DNA from: Candidatus Hadarchaeales archaeon
GTDB taxonomy: Archaea > Hadarchaeota > Hadarchaeia > Hadarchaeales > WYZ-LMO6
Direction of reading: 5' to 3'
Length of the DNA: 64,000 nt
NCBI GenBank assembly: GCA_038851755.1
Contig: JAWCKR010000006.1
Coordinates: forward strand, 2,216-66,215
Below the pieces are notes generated by a model. It worked only from the letters and a program-made list of their open reading frames with translations. It ran no database searches and had not been told where the DNA came from. The position numbers and the translations under genes are program-made. The stretch's first letter is position 1. Each line of letters begins with the position of its first letter. This document shows, one piece after another, positions 18,887-28,388 of this stretch.

Positions 18887-20047
18887 ATGAGAATAGCGAT
18901 GCTCGCTTGGGAGTCCCTGCACTCCATCTGGATAGGGGGGCTGGGGGTGGTGGTGAGCAAGCTCTCGGCGGAGCTCTGCAGGAGGGGGCACGAGGTGCAC
19001 CTCTTCACCCGGTGGGTGGAGGGGCAGGAGGAGCACGAGGTGCTGGACGGGGTCCACTACCACCGCTGCAAGTTCGACCCAGGTTTCGACCTCTTCTCCC
19101 TCACCCGGAACATGTCCCACGCCATGGTGGCCTCCATGAAGTGGGTGGAGGGGAGGGAGGGGAGGTTCGATCTGGTGCACGGTCACGACTGGCACGTGGT
19201 GGAGGCCCTCCATCTCCTCAGGCAGGAGGGCAGGCGCCTGGTTTTCACCTACCACTCCACCGAGTACGGCAGGAACGGGAACAGGTTCGGTGACTGGTGG
19301 GAGTTCAGGGAGATCTCGGGGAAGGAATGGTATGGGGGTTACCTGGCGGACATGGTGACCACGGTCTCGAACCACATGAAGAAGGAGGTATGCTGGCTCT
19401 ACCGCCTCCCAGAGGAGAAGGTGGAAGTGGTCCCCAACGCCGTGGACGTTGAGGAGTTCAGGGTGGAGGTGGATCCCGAAAGGGTGAGGAGGGAGTACGG
19501 CCTTTCCCAGGGCCCCCTGGTGCTCTTCCCCGGCCGCCTGGAGTACCAGAAGGGCCCCGACCTCCTGGTGGAGGCCATCCCCAGGGTGCTGGAGAAGAGG
19601 GGGGAGGCGAGGTTCGTGTTCACGGGTGCGGGAAGCATGAGGGAGGGACTGGAGCGGAGGGTGAGGGAGCTGGGGGTAGGGCACGCCGTGAGGTTCGCAG
19701 GTTTCTTGCCCCTGCGGAAGTACATCGAGCTCCTGAACGCCTGCGACCTGGTGTGCATCCCCAGCCGGAACGAGCCCTTCGGCATCGTCCTCCTGGAGGC
19801 CTGGGCGGCGGGGAAGCCCGTGGTGGCGACGGGGGTTGGGGGGCTCAACGAGAACATGGAGAACCTCGTGGAGGGGGTGAAGGTCCAGACCCAGCCTGAG
19901 TCGATAGCCTGGGGTATCAGCTACCTGCTGGACTCCCCCTCGGAAAGGGAGAGAATGGTGAAGAACGCGCGGGAGAAGGTGAAGGGCTTCAACTGGGGGA
20001 GGTCCGCGGACAAGCTCCTGGACGTGTACCAGAGGATGCTCGACTGA
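18887..20047 (+). CDS. GT4 glycosyltransferase
   Basis: GGLG, HGHDW, GRL..KG and EPFGIVLLEA motifs. Confidence 0.9.
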   Translation: MRIAMLAWESLHSIWIGGLGVVVSKLSAELCRRGHEVHLFTRWVEGQEEHEVLDGVHYHRCKFDPGFDLFSLTRNMSHAMVASMKWVEGREGRFDLVHGHDWHVVEALHLLRQEGRRLVFTYHSTEYGRNGNRFGDWWEFREISGKEWYGGYLADMVTTVSNHMKKEVCWLYRLPEEKVEVVPNAVDVEEFRVEVDPERVRREYGLSQGPLVLFPGRLEYQKGPDLLVEAIPRVLEKRGEARFVFTGAGSMREGLERRVRELGVGHAVRFAGFLPLRKYIELLNACDLVCIPSRNEPFGIVLLEAWAAGKPVVATGVGGLNENMENLVEGVKVQTQPESIAWGISYLLDSPSERERMVKNAREKVKGFNWGRSADKLLDVYQRMLD

Positions 20048-20050
20048 GCC

Positions 20051-20698
20051 CTAGAAGAAGTACCCCTTCACGAACTCGAAGTTCCTCCTTATCCTTTCCT
20101 CCCCCTTCAGGACGCCGCCGTGGCCTGGGAGGAGGTACTGGAGGTCGAGGTTGGAGACCCTCTCCAGGGAAGCCGCCAGCTCCTCCGAGCTCCCTCCCGG
20201 GAAGTCCGTTCTCCCCACCCCTCCCTCGAACACCAGATCCCCGCAGAGGAGGAGCCTCAGTTCCCGGTGGTAAAGGCTCACGCTCCCCGGAGAGTGACCG
20301 GGCGTGTGCAGAACCAGCAGTTCCGTCTCCCCCTCACCCACCCTCTCCCCCAGGTAGGCGTCCACCCCGAACTTCTGCACCTCCATCCCGAAGTACCTCC
20401 CGAATTCCAGGCTGAACCTGAGGTGGTCCTCCTCTTCCCGGTGGATCATGATCCTGGCGCCCGAGAGTTCCTGGAAGGATCGGTTGGCACCGCAGTGGTC
20501 GGGGTGGCTGTGGGTGTTGACTATTATCTCTATCCCCTCAGGGTCCAGGCCGTCCTCCCTCATCTCCCTCAGGCGCTTCTGCAGATACCGGGGGTTCCCC
20601 GGGTCCACCAGGATGGTGGGATCCCCCTCCACCACGTACACGTTGCAGTCCCCCAGGCCCCTTTCGGGATACCAGTAGACGTTCCTGACCAGCCTCAC
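20051..20698 (-). CDS. MBL-fold hydrolase (glyoxalase II-like)
   Basis: THSHPDH, TPGHSPG, GRTD and PGHG motifs. Confidence 0.85.
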   Translation of the reverse strand: MRLVRNVYWYPERGLGDCNVYVVEGDPTILVDPGNPRYLQKRLREMREDGLDPEGIEIIVNTHSHPDHCGANRSFQELSGARIMIHREEEDHLRFSLEFGRYFGMEVQKFGVDAYLGERVGEGETELLVLHTPGHSPGSVSLYHRELRLLLCGDLVFEGGVGRTDFPGGSSEELAASLERVSNLDLQYLLPGHGGVLKGEERIRRNFEFVKGYFF

Positions 20699-20702
20699 TC
20701 TC

Positions 20703-21119
20703 TCACCCCAGCAGACCTTCTCCCCTCAGGACCCTGGCGGTGGTCCTGGTGAGCTCACTCCTCTCCAGCTCTTCCCTCCCGAACCACCTGACGTCCAGCA
20801 CCTCCCCCCCTCTTCTCACCCTCGTGGAAAGGGGCTCACCCCTGAAGCACACGGTCACGTAGTGATACCTGAGGCGTCCTCTCCCATCCCTCTCCAGGAT
20901 GTCGTACACGCCCACAAGCCCCTTGAGCCTCACCTTCACACCCGTTTCCTCCTCCACCTCCCTAACCGCCGCCTTCCCCACCTCCTCCCCAGGCTCCACC
21001 AGGCCACCTGGCAAGGCCCACCTCCCCTTTCCCGGCTCTGAGCCCCTCCTCACCAGCAGCACCTTCCCTCCCTTCTCCACCAGCACGGAGGCCCCCACCC
21101 TGGGAAGGGTCTTTCTCAT
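20703..21119 (-). CDS. NUDIX hydrolase (ADP-ribose pyrophosphatase-like)
   Basis: Nudix box GGLVEPGE..AAVREVEEETG. Confidence 0.9.
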   Translation of the reverse strand: MRKTLPRVGASVLVEKGGKVLLVRRGSEPGKGRWALPGGLVEPGEEVGKAAVREVEEETGVKVRLKGLVGVYDILERDGRGRLRYHYVTVCFRGEPLSTRVRRGGEVLDVRWFGREELERSELTRTTARVLRGEGLLG

Positions 21120-21901
21120 GCGGCCTTCTCCTCCAGCACCTTGCTGAGTTCCACCATTCTGGAGAAGAACCCCTTCCCCTCTTCCAGGTCGAAGACGGAC
21201 TTCCCCAGCAGCTCTGCCCTCAGCACGGCCTCCTCGTGGGGAAGGACGGCCAGCACGGGCATGCCTTCCTCCTCCAGTCTCCTCACCACCCCCTCACCCC
21301 CCTCCCTGAACTTGTTGACCACCGAGAAGATCCTGCCTATCCCCAGGTCCCCACCCAGCTTCTTGATCTGCTTTGCCGTCTCCAGGGACTTAAGGCTTGG
21401 CTCCACCACCACGAGCATCACCTCGGTGGTCCTGGTGGTCCCCCTCCCCAGGTGCTCGACCCCGGCCTCCATGTCCAGGATGAGGACCTCTGCTGCCCCG
21501 GAGAGGTGGTCAACCAGCCTCCTGGCCAGAGCGTTGGCGGGACAGAAGCACCCCTGCCCTCCCCTCCTGATCTTCCCCACCACCAGGAGCCTCACCCCGT
21601 CCCTGCACCGGATACCGAAGCGCTCCACCAGGTCGTCCACCTTCGGGTTGAGCTTGAAGACCAGTCCGTATCCCTCCGGGGGGGCCCCCGTTCTTTCCTG
21701 GATGAGGGAGGACCTTTCCATCAGGGGGACCAGCTTCTCTTCCGGCACTTCACCTTCCGCCCCCAGCGTGAGGAGGAGGTTGGGGGAGGGGTCCACATCC
21801 AGGGCCACCACTTTCTTCCCCCTCCTCCCGAAGGCCCTGGCCAGCCCCGCCGCCAGGGTGGTCTTTCCCACCCCGCCTTTGCCCGTCACCGCTATCTTCA
21901 A
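21116..21901 (-). CDS. cooC: CooC/AcsF nickel-insertion ATPase
   Basis: KIAVTGKGGVGKTT, GCFCP and DMEAGVEHLGRG motifs; TTG start at 21901. Confidence 0.9.
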   Translation of the reverse strand: MKIAVTGKGGVGKTTLAAGLARAFGRRGKKVVALDVDPSPNLLLTLGAEGEVPEEKLVPLMERSSLIQERTGAPPEGYGLVFKLNPKVDDLVERFGIRCRDGVRLLVVGKIRRGGQGCFCPANALARRLVDHLSGAAEVLILDMEAGVEHLGRGTTRTTEVMLVVVEPSLKSLETAKQIKKLGGDLGIGRIFSVVNKFREGGEGVVRRLEEEGMPVLAVLPHEEAVLRAELLGKSVFDLEEGKGFFSRMVELSKVLEEKAA

Positions 21902-21961
21902 GTCCCCGCCCCTGCTGAAAGGCTCGATAAGATTAAAGTCCTCTCGGTTTAAGGGTTGGGG

Positions 21962-22372
21962 ATGGGGGAAAAGATTACCAGGATAAGCATCACCCTTCCC
22001 GAGGATCTCCTGCGCGAGCTCGACCGCTCCCTCAAGTCTCAGGACTACGCCAGCCGCTCCGAGGCCATCAGGGACGCCGTCAGGGACTTCCTTACCAACT
22101 ACAAGTGGCGCAGCGAGCTGGAGGGGGAGCTCCTGGGGGTGGTGGTGATGGTCTACGACCACGAGGTGAGGGGCCTGACGGAGGAGATCGTGGAGATACA
22201 GCACAGGAGCGAGGGGATCATCCGCTCTTCCCAGCACCTGCACCTCGACGAGAGGAACTGTATGGAGACCCTGCTGGTCAAGGGCACGGCCGGGGAGATC
22301 AGGAAGCTGGTCGACAGGCTAGGGGCACTGCGCGGGGTCAAACAGGTGAAGCTCGTGGTGGCAGGTGCTTGA
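21962..22372 (+). CDS. nikR: Nickel-responsive regulator NikR
   Basis: RHH domain RISITLP..SRSEAIRDA; YDH, IQH and HLHLDERNCME motifs. Confidence 0.92.
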   Translation: MGEKITRISITLPEDLLRELDRSLKSQDYASRSEAIRDAVRDFLTNYKWRSELEGELLGVVVMVYDHEVRGLTEEIVEIQHRSEGIIRSSQHLHLDERNCMETLLVKGTAGEIRKLVDRLGALRGVKQVKLVVAGA

Positions 22373-22375
22373 GCT

Positions 22376-22498
22376 TCACTTGGGCCGCTTCTTGGCCACC
22401 TTCTTGAATTCCTCCCACTCCTTCAGGCTCTCGGACTTCTTCTTGGAGATCTTTTCCTCCTCGATCGTGGCGCTTACTTCAGCTCCTCCGCAGGCCAT
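22376..22498 (-). CDS. Small hypothetical protein, 40 aa (not in the ORF track)
   Basis: MACGGAEVSATIEEEKISKKKSESLKEWEEFKKVAKKRPK; GGTGAT RBS, upstream TTTTATA, host-like codons. Confidence 0.6.
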   Translation of the reverse strand: MACGGAEVSATIEEEKISKKKSESLKEWEEFKKVAKKRPK

Positions 22499-22541
22499 GG
22501 AATCACCCTCCCGCTTTCCCCTCCCGCTATAAAAAGGTGGG

Positions 22542-23075
22542 TCAGGGCTGTGGCCTGTCGAAGAAGGGACTTTTGCCCGAGGCGGAGAGGGGCAGGGCGA
22601 TTACCACGTCCGCCTGCATGAGGCCAGCCTTCCTGGCCGCCACTCCCGCCGAGAACATCATCCTGTTGTCCACGTTCAGCAGGGAAGCGGTCTTGGCGGC
22701 AGAGCCCAGGGCTATACCCAGGTTGAGGGCGTCCACCACGCAGGTGGGCCCGGCGCATCCCCTCCCCTCTTTTTTCCCCTCCCTCCTCATCTCCTCGCAG
22801 TTCCTGCCGCAGGCCCCGCAGTTCAGGTCAAGGGGTTCACCCGCCAGCCCCACCAGCAGGACGGCCCCGGCTTCCCTCACGTTCCTGGCGTCCCTGCGGA
22901 AGAACTCGTACTGTCCGGCCATCTCCTCCATCTTCACCGCCAGCCTCTCCTTCTCCTCCCCCTCCAGCAACCTTATCCTGAGGTGGTCCCTTCCCCTGGC
23001 CTTTGGCGCGGTCCTGGCGGAGAGGGCCATGAGCCTGGCCGCCTCCAGCAGGCCCTCCTTCTCCAGTCCCTCCAT
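22542..23075 (-). CDS. DUF2148 ferredoxin-domain protein
   Basis: ARTAPKARGRD, NCGACG..C, GPTC and LGIALGSA..DNRMMFSAG motifs. Confidence 0.85.
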   Translation of the reverse strand: MEGLEKEGLLEAARLMALSARTAPKARGRDHLRIRLLEGEEKERLAVKMEEMAGQYEFFRRDARNVREAGAVLLVGLAGEPLDLNCGACGRNCEEMRREGKKEGRGCAGPTCVVDALNLGIALGSAAKTASLLNVDNRMMFSAGVAARKAGLMQADVVIALPLSASGKSPFFDRPQP

Positions 23076-23141
23076 CCTTTCTTGTTTGGGGGTAAGGACT
23101 AAAAACGGTGCCTTTTTTTCTCCCGAGCTGGAGGGGAGAGG

Positions 23142-23981
23142 ATGAGGGCGGCGGCAGTGCTCCTGCTCCTCTTCCTGAGCGTGCAGCTCCTGGGCCTGGT
23201 GGCTGGAGACAGGTACCTCGACCTGATGGAGGAGGGAGAAACGGAGCCCCTCTTCTCCAACCCCCAGAGCCCCTGGAACTCCCTCTACCTCTTCGCCGCC
23301 CTCCTCCCCCTCACCCTCTTCGTGATCCTCCTGCTGAAGTTCAGGAGGAGGTGGTTCAGGGTGTTTGAGCTGATGGTGGTTTTCCTCTGTTGCTGGCTCA
23401 CGCTGGACCTCCTGGTAGGGATACAGCTGGGCTGGGTCTCCTCCGGGTTGCTGCTCTCCCTCCTGCTGGTGGGGTGGAGGGTGCTTAAGCCCACCCACCT
23501 GAACAGGGACCTCGTCCTGGTGCTCTCCGCCGTGGGGGTGGGGGCGGTGCTGGGGGTCTCCCTGGGCCTGGCCCCGAGCCTGCTCCTCCTGGCCCTCTTC
23601 TCCGCCTACGACTACTTCTCCGTCTTCATCAGCAGGCACATGGTCTTCATGGCTAAGAGGCTGGTCCCTTCCTCCAGCTCCCTTCTCCTCTCCGTTCCCA
23701 AGGACCTCCGCGAGTTCGTGAAGGAGGGGAAGCCGGAGAGGGTGGGTAAGGGGAGGGTCCTCTACCTGGGGGGTGGGGACCTCATCCTACCCCTGGTCTT
23801 CTCCACTTCCGTGCTTTCGGCCGAGGGGGTCCCCAGTTCCTTCCTCGTTTCCCTCTTCTCCTCCCTCTTCCTTCTCTTTCTCCTGCTCCTCCTCTCCCGC
23901 AGGCCGGGAATGGTCCTCCCCGGTCTTCCCTTCCTCTCCACGGGGTGCCTGCTCGGCTTCCTGCTTTCCAGGATGCTGTAG
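23142..23981 (+). CDS. Presenilin/A22 intramembrane aspartyl protease
   Basis: YD (AYDYFSV), GxGD (LGGGD) and PGLP motifs; multiple TM helices. Confidence 0.85.
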   Translation: MRAAAVLLLLFLSVQLLGLVAGDRYLDLMEEGETEPLFSNPQSPWNSLYLFAALLPLTLFVILLLKFRRRWFRVFELMVVFLCCWLTLDLLVGIQLGWVSSGLLLSLLLVGWRVLKPTHLNRDLVLVLSAVGVGAVLGVSLGLAPSLLLLALFSAYDYFSVFISRHMVFMAKRLVPSSSSLLLSVPKDLREFVKEGKPERVGKGRVLYLGGGDLILPLVFSTSVLSAEGVPSSFLVSLFSSLFLLFLLLLLSRRPGMVLPGLPFLSTGCLLGFLLSRML

Positions 23982-24062
23982 GTCGCACCGAAACGGATAA
24001 GGACGGCCTTCACTTATTTCTCCGGTATGAGGCCCATCTACGAGCCCGGGGAGGGGAGGAAA

Positions 24063-24749
24063 ATGAAGGTCTTGGTCCTTTTCTCGGGAGGGGCCAGCGC
24101 CCTGCCTTTCATGGTGGGCGGAAAGGAGTACGAGGTGATAGGAGGAATTTCTTCGAGCAAGAGCGCTTCCGGCATCTCCAGGTTCCAGTCCCTAGGGATA
24201 CCGGTGGAGGTGGTGGACATCAAGGACTTCTATGCGGGCAGACCCATCAAGGACATGCAGGTAAGGGGTGAGTACGAGAGGAGGCTCCTTTCGGTGATGG
24301 AGGAGAAGGGGTGGGAGCCCGATGTGGTGGCCTGCTCGGGTTACATGTACGTCCTCACTCCCGTCTTCCTGAAGAGGTTCCCCAACCGCGTTTTGAACGT
24401 TCATCCCGCCGACCTCTCCATAGAGGAGGGTGGGAGGAGGAAGTACACGGGTCTGCACGCCGTGAGGGATCAGCTGGAGGCTGGAGAGAAGGTGACGAGG
24501 TCCACCGTGCACGTGATGATCGAGGAGGCTGACCAGGGCCCCATCCTGGTGATCTCTCCACCCCTGCCAGTGGAGGGCAGGAGTCCGGAGGAGCAGCAAG
24601 AGCTAATGAAGGTGAAGTGCGACGGTCCCGCCTACAGGGAGGCCCTCCGCCTCCTCTCGGAGGGCAGGTTTGCCTTGGACGAGAGGGGAAGGACTTATGT
24701 GAGGACGGACGGAGGGTGGAAGGAGGGTTACGTGAGGATGGAGGGATGA
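24063..24749 (+). CDS. purN: Phosphoribosylglycinamide formyltransferase (PurN-like)
   Basis: VLFSGG, SGYM, LNVHPA and STVH..DQGP motifs; adjacent to purD. Confidence 0.8.
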   Translation: MKVLVLFSGGASALPFMVGGKEYEVIGGISSSKSASGISRFQSLGIPVEVVDIKDFYAGRPIKDMQVRGEYERRLLSVMEEKGWEPDVVACSGYMYVLTPVFLKRFPNRVLNVHPADLSIEEGGRRKYTGLHAVRDQLEAGEKVTRSTVHVMIEEADQGPILVISPPLPVEGRSPEEQQELMKVKCDGPAYREALRLLSEGRFALDERGRTYVRTDGGWKEGYVRMEG

Positions 24750-24750
24750 G

Positions 24751-26145
24751 ATGGCAGTGGGCGTGCTGGGGGTGAGCTACGGCAGCAGGTTCGCCTGCTT
24801 GGCCGATACCCTCTGCCGGAGCTGGCATATGGTGAGGCTCTTCATAGCGGACAGGCAGAGGAACCCCTTCAACCTGAGGAAGGCCCAGGAGACGGGAGGA
24901 GAGCATGTGGTCATCCCCGATTTGAACGTGCAGGAAATCGTGAGGTTCGCGAAAAGGCACGCGAGGGAGATCGCATTCGGGGTGCTGGGTCCGGAGGGCC
25001 CTGGCATGCAGGGGATAAGGGACGTGCTGGAGAGGGAGACCGGGATAAGGATGATCTGTCCCAGGCTGGAGTACTTCTTGGAGAAGAGCAAGGTGAGGCA
25101 GCGGAGACTCCTGCAGGAGGTGGCCCCGGAGGCCAACCCCAGGTTCAGGGTCTTCGATCCAGCCGAGATCCCGAGGGAAAGAGTGAAGGAGGAGGTCTAT
25201 CGCTGGCTGGACGAGGTGGGGGAGAGGGTGGCCGTGAAGCCCGATGCCCCCGCCACCGGGAAGGGGGTGGGGGTGTGGGGGGACCACTTCAGGACCAGGG
25301 AGGAGATGTTTCAGGAGTACTTCCTTCCCTCCTTCTCGAAGGGCCCCGTGATCGTGGAGGAGAAGCTGGAGGGGGAGGAGTTCTCCCTCCAGTTCCTCTC
25401 CGATGGGGAGCACCTTGTGCCCACCCCCTGCGTGAGGGACTACAAGAGGGCCTTCGACTGGGACAAGGGGCCCAACACGGGCGGCATGGGCTCCTACAAG
25501 GACAGGGAGGAGCTCCTCCCCTTCATGGAGACGAGGGACTGGGAGAAGGCCGTGGAGGTGGCGGAGCGCCTTCACCGGAAGCTGAAAGGGGAGGGGAGGA
25601 ACCCCGGCCTGATGGGGGTGATGTACATGGGCTACATCCTCACCCGGGAAGGGGTGAAGGTCCTGGAGGTGAACAGCAGGTGGGGGGACCCCGAGGTGAT
25701 GAACCTGATGCCCCTGCTGGAGGATGACTTCGTGGAGGTCTGCTTCCGTTGCCTGGATGGGGATTTGAGGGCGATGAGGTTCAGGAAGAAGGCCAGCGTG
25801 GTGGTCTATGCGGTCCCCCTCGAGTACGGGGGGTACGGGAGGTACTCTGGGCCCAGGAGGGTGAGGATGGAGGAGGCGGAGGCCTTGAAGAAGAAGTACG
25901 GGGAGGACCTCAGGCTCTACCCCGGGTCCATGGAGGTGAGGGAGAACGGTGAGCTCTGGGCCCTGGGTTCCAGGACGGTGGCGGCGGTGGGGATAGGGGA
26001 GGACCTGGAGAAGGCCAGGGAGATAGCGCTCGAGGCCGTGAGGAAGGTGGATGGCCCCCTCAGGCACAGGGAGGATGTGGCTCTGAGGGAGCACGTGGAG
26101 AGGAGCATCCTGCACATGAGGACCCTCAGGTCCTCAGCTCCCTGA
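24751..26145 (+). CDS. purD: Phosphoribosylamine-glycine ligase
   Basis: GPE, GKGV, DYKRA..GPNTGGMG and EVNSRWGDPE motifs. Confidence 0.9.
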   Translation: MAVGVLGVSYGSRFACLADTLCRSWHMVRLFIADRQRNPFNLRKAQETGGEHVVIPDLNVQEIVRFAKRHAREIAFGVLGPEGPGMQGIRDVLERETGIRMICPRLEYFLEKSKVRQRRLLQEVAPEANPRFRVFDPAEIPRERVKEEVYRWLDEVGERVAVKPDAPATGKGVGVWGDHFRTREEMFQEYFLPSFSKGPVIVEEKLEGEEFSLQFLSDGEHLVPTPCVRDYKRAFDWDKGPNTGGMGSYKDREELLPFMETRDWEKAVEVAERLHRKLKGEGRNPGLMGVMYMGYILTREGVKVLEVNSRWGDPEVMNLMPLLEDDFVEVCFRCLDGDLRAMRFRKKASVVVYAVPLEYGGYGRYSGPRRVRMEEAEALKKKYGEDLRLYPGSMEVRENGELWALGSRTVAAVGIGEDLEKAREIALEAVRKVDGPLRHREDVALREHVERSILHMRTLRSSAP

Positions 26146-26845
26146 GGCACCTGAGCTGGGCTTCCTTGGCTTTCCTCATGCTCGAATCCAGGTCCTCACC
26201 CCAGCTGCTCTCCAGGAGTGCCTTGGACTCACGCAGGGGGAGGGGCTGCAGGGAGAGGATCCTCTCCACGTAGAGCCTGACACCCTCCTCCAGGGAGGGG
26301 AAGATCCCGTTCACCAGACCCACCCTTTCTCCCTCCTCCGCCGTCATCCTCCTCCCCGCCAGGATGAACTCTCTGGCCACCCCGTCCCCCACTATCCTGG
26401 GCAGGAGGTGGAGGGCCCCCATGTCGGGGAGGATGCCGAACTCCGGCTCCCTGAGGAAGAAGACGGTCCCGGGGGTGGCGAGCCTCAGGTCGGCGGCCAG
26501 GGCCAGCTGCATCCCTCCGCCTATGGCGTACCTCTGGCAGGCGGCCACCACCGGGCATTCCATCCTCCTGATCTTCACTATCACCCGCTGGGCCAGGTCT
26601 ATCACGGGGAGGAGCTTCTCCTCCTCCCACCTCGCCAGCTCGGCCAGCACGGAGGTGTCCAGGCCCGAGCAGAAGGTATCACCCTTTCCTCCCAGCACGA
26701 CCACCCTGGGTCTCTCCCTCCTCACCTCCTCCAGGACCGCATCCAGCTCCTCCAGCAGCCTCAGGTCTATGGCGTTCTTCCTCTCGGGTCGGTTCAGCCT
26801 TATCCTGGAAACCTCCCCCAGCTCCACCTCCACCCTTTCCGGCAT
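26126..26845 (-). CDS. Enoyl-CoA hydratase/isomerase family protein
   Basis: LNRPERKNA, FCSGLD, AIGGG and EPEFGILPD motifs. Confidence 0.9.
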   Translation of the reverse strand: MPERVEVELGEVSRIRLNRPERKNAIDLRLLEELDAVLEEVRRERPRVVVLGGKGDTFCSGLDTSVLAELARWEEEKLLPVIDLAQRVIVKIRRMECPVVAACQRYAIGGGMQLALAADLRLATPGTVFFLREPEFGILPDMGALHLLPRIVGDGVAREFILAGRRMTAEEGERVGLVNGIFPSLEEGVRLYVERILSLQPLPLRESKALLESSWGEDLDSSMRKAKEAQLRCLRELRT

Positions 26846-26895
26846 CCCTCCCCCTTCTCCTCAGGGATAAAAAGCTTCGAGGGGAAAGTGGAGAG

Positions 26896-27828
26896 ATGGA
26901 GAAGCTGATTATCACCGTGGCCCCCACGGGAGGGGAGTTCGTTTCCAAGATGTTCACCCCCCATGTCCCCTGCACGGTGGAGGAAATCGTGGAGGAGGTG
27001 GTGAGGTGCCGCAGGGCGGGGGCCTCCGTGGTCCACCTGCACGCCAAGGACCCAGAGACGGGGTTCCCACACCCCCAGCCCAACTCCGTCTTTCCCGAGT
27101 ACGTGAGGAGGATCAGGGAGAGCGAGGCCTCGGACATCATCATCAACCTCACCACGGGGGGAGGAAGGCCCCTGCCCGGTCCCCTGGCGGAGATGCTGGG
27201 GAGGAAGACGGAGATGACCCCGGAGGAGTACCGGAGGAGCCTGGACAGGGTGATGGAGGAGAGGATGACCTTCGGGCAGGAAATGAGTTCCCTGAACATG
27301 GGCTCCATCAACCTCTGGGAGGACATGGGCTTCCCCTCCCTCAGGGAGGAGATCTTCGACAACCCCGTGGCCAGGATAGAGAGGTGGGCGGAGTACATGT
27401 ACCGCAACGGGGTGAAGCCCGAGCTAGAGATCTACGACACGGGTCAGATCAACACCGCCAAGGTCCTGGTGGAGGAGGGAAAGCTGAAGGAGCCCCTTCA
27501 CGTCCAGTTCGTGATGATGGGCGGGCTCTCCTGCATGTCCCCCACCGCGGACACCCTCCTTTACTGCGTGAGGGCCTTGCCCGCGGGGTGGACCTGGTCG
27601 GTGTGTGCGCCCGGGAGGCACGAGATGCCCATGGCGGCCCTGGCCATTCTCCTGGGGGGTCACGTGAGGGTGGGGATGGAGGACAACCTCTACGTGGAGA
27701 AGGGGGTGCTGGCGAAGAGCAACGCCGAGCTGGTGGAGAAGGTGGTCAGGCTGGCGAAGGAGCTGGGCAGGGAGGTGGCCTCCCCCGAGGAGGCCCGCAG
27801 GATCCTGGGCCTCAAGCCCAGGTCCTAG
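26896..27828 (+). CDS. Beta-keto acid cleavage enzyme (BKACE/DUF849, Kce family)
   Basis: IITVAPTG, VHLHAK, NLTTGG, KPELEIYD and HVRVGMEDN motifs. Confidence 0.9.
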   Translation: MEKLIITVAPTGGEFVSKMFTPHVPCTVEEIVEEVVRCRRAGASVVHLHAKDPETGFPHPQPNSVFPEYVRRIRESEASDIIINLTTGGGRPLPGPLAEMLGRKTEMTPEEYRRSLDRVMEERMTFGQEMSSLNMGSINLWEDMGFPSLREEIFDNPVARIERWAEYMYRNGVKPELEIYDTGQINTAKVLVEEGKLKEPLHVQFVMMGGLSCMSPTADTLLYCVRALPAGWTWSVCAPGRHEMPMAALAILLGGHVRVGMEDNLYVEKGVLAKSNAELVEKVVRLAKELGREVASPEEARRILGLKPRS

Positions 27829-28235
27829 CCTTCGGGCTTCAGCTCCAGGGTCTCCCACCTCACCCTTCCTCCCTCCACCACCTCCTTGATCTTCCTCTCC
27901 ACGGGAGTGAGGACGCTCCTCCCCGTCTTCACCTCCAGGAACACCACCTCCGTGGGCTCCCCCCTGCTGTGCCCCTCGAAGATCACGTAGTCCACCGGGG
28001 AGCCTATGAAGCGGGCGTCGGAGGGCTCGTACTTGAACTGTGGGAGGAGGGGGGCCATCTGTTCCCCTATCCTCCCCTTCAGGACGGCCCTGCTCCTCTC
28101 CAGGGCCTCCCTCCTGAGGGTTTCCTCCACTTCAAGCTTCCATCTCTCCAGCTTGCTCCTGAAGAGGGAGAGGAGGAAGAGATAGGCTGCTCCCAGCCCC
28201 AGCAGGAAGCCCAGCAGCAGCCAGAGGGTCTCCAT
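27825..28235 (-). CDS. Membrane-anchored Holliday-junction-resolvase-like endonuclease
   Basis: N-terminal TM helix; SRAVLKGRIGEQ, FIGSPVDY and FLEVKTG PD-(D/E)XK motifs. Confidence 0.85.
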   Translation of the reverse strand: METLWLLLGFLLGLGAAYLFLLSLFRSKLERWKLEVEETLRREALERSRAVLKGRIGEQMAPLLPQFKYEPSDARFIGSPVDYVIFEGHSRGEPTEVVFLEVKTGRSVLTPVERKIKEVVEGGRVRWETLELKPEG

Positions 28236-28388
28236 CCTCCTCTTTTCTGAAAGGAGCAGGTAAAGCCTTTGTATCCAGGCAAAAAGGCTGGGGGAAAATT
28301 CTTGAGTCCTCTTTTAAAAGGAATAAATCCGACTCGAATGAGAAGCAGGGCTATAGGAGGACGGATGGAGGACCTCTAAGGGACCGGA

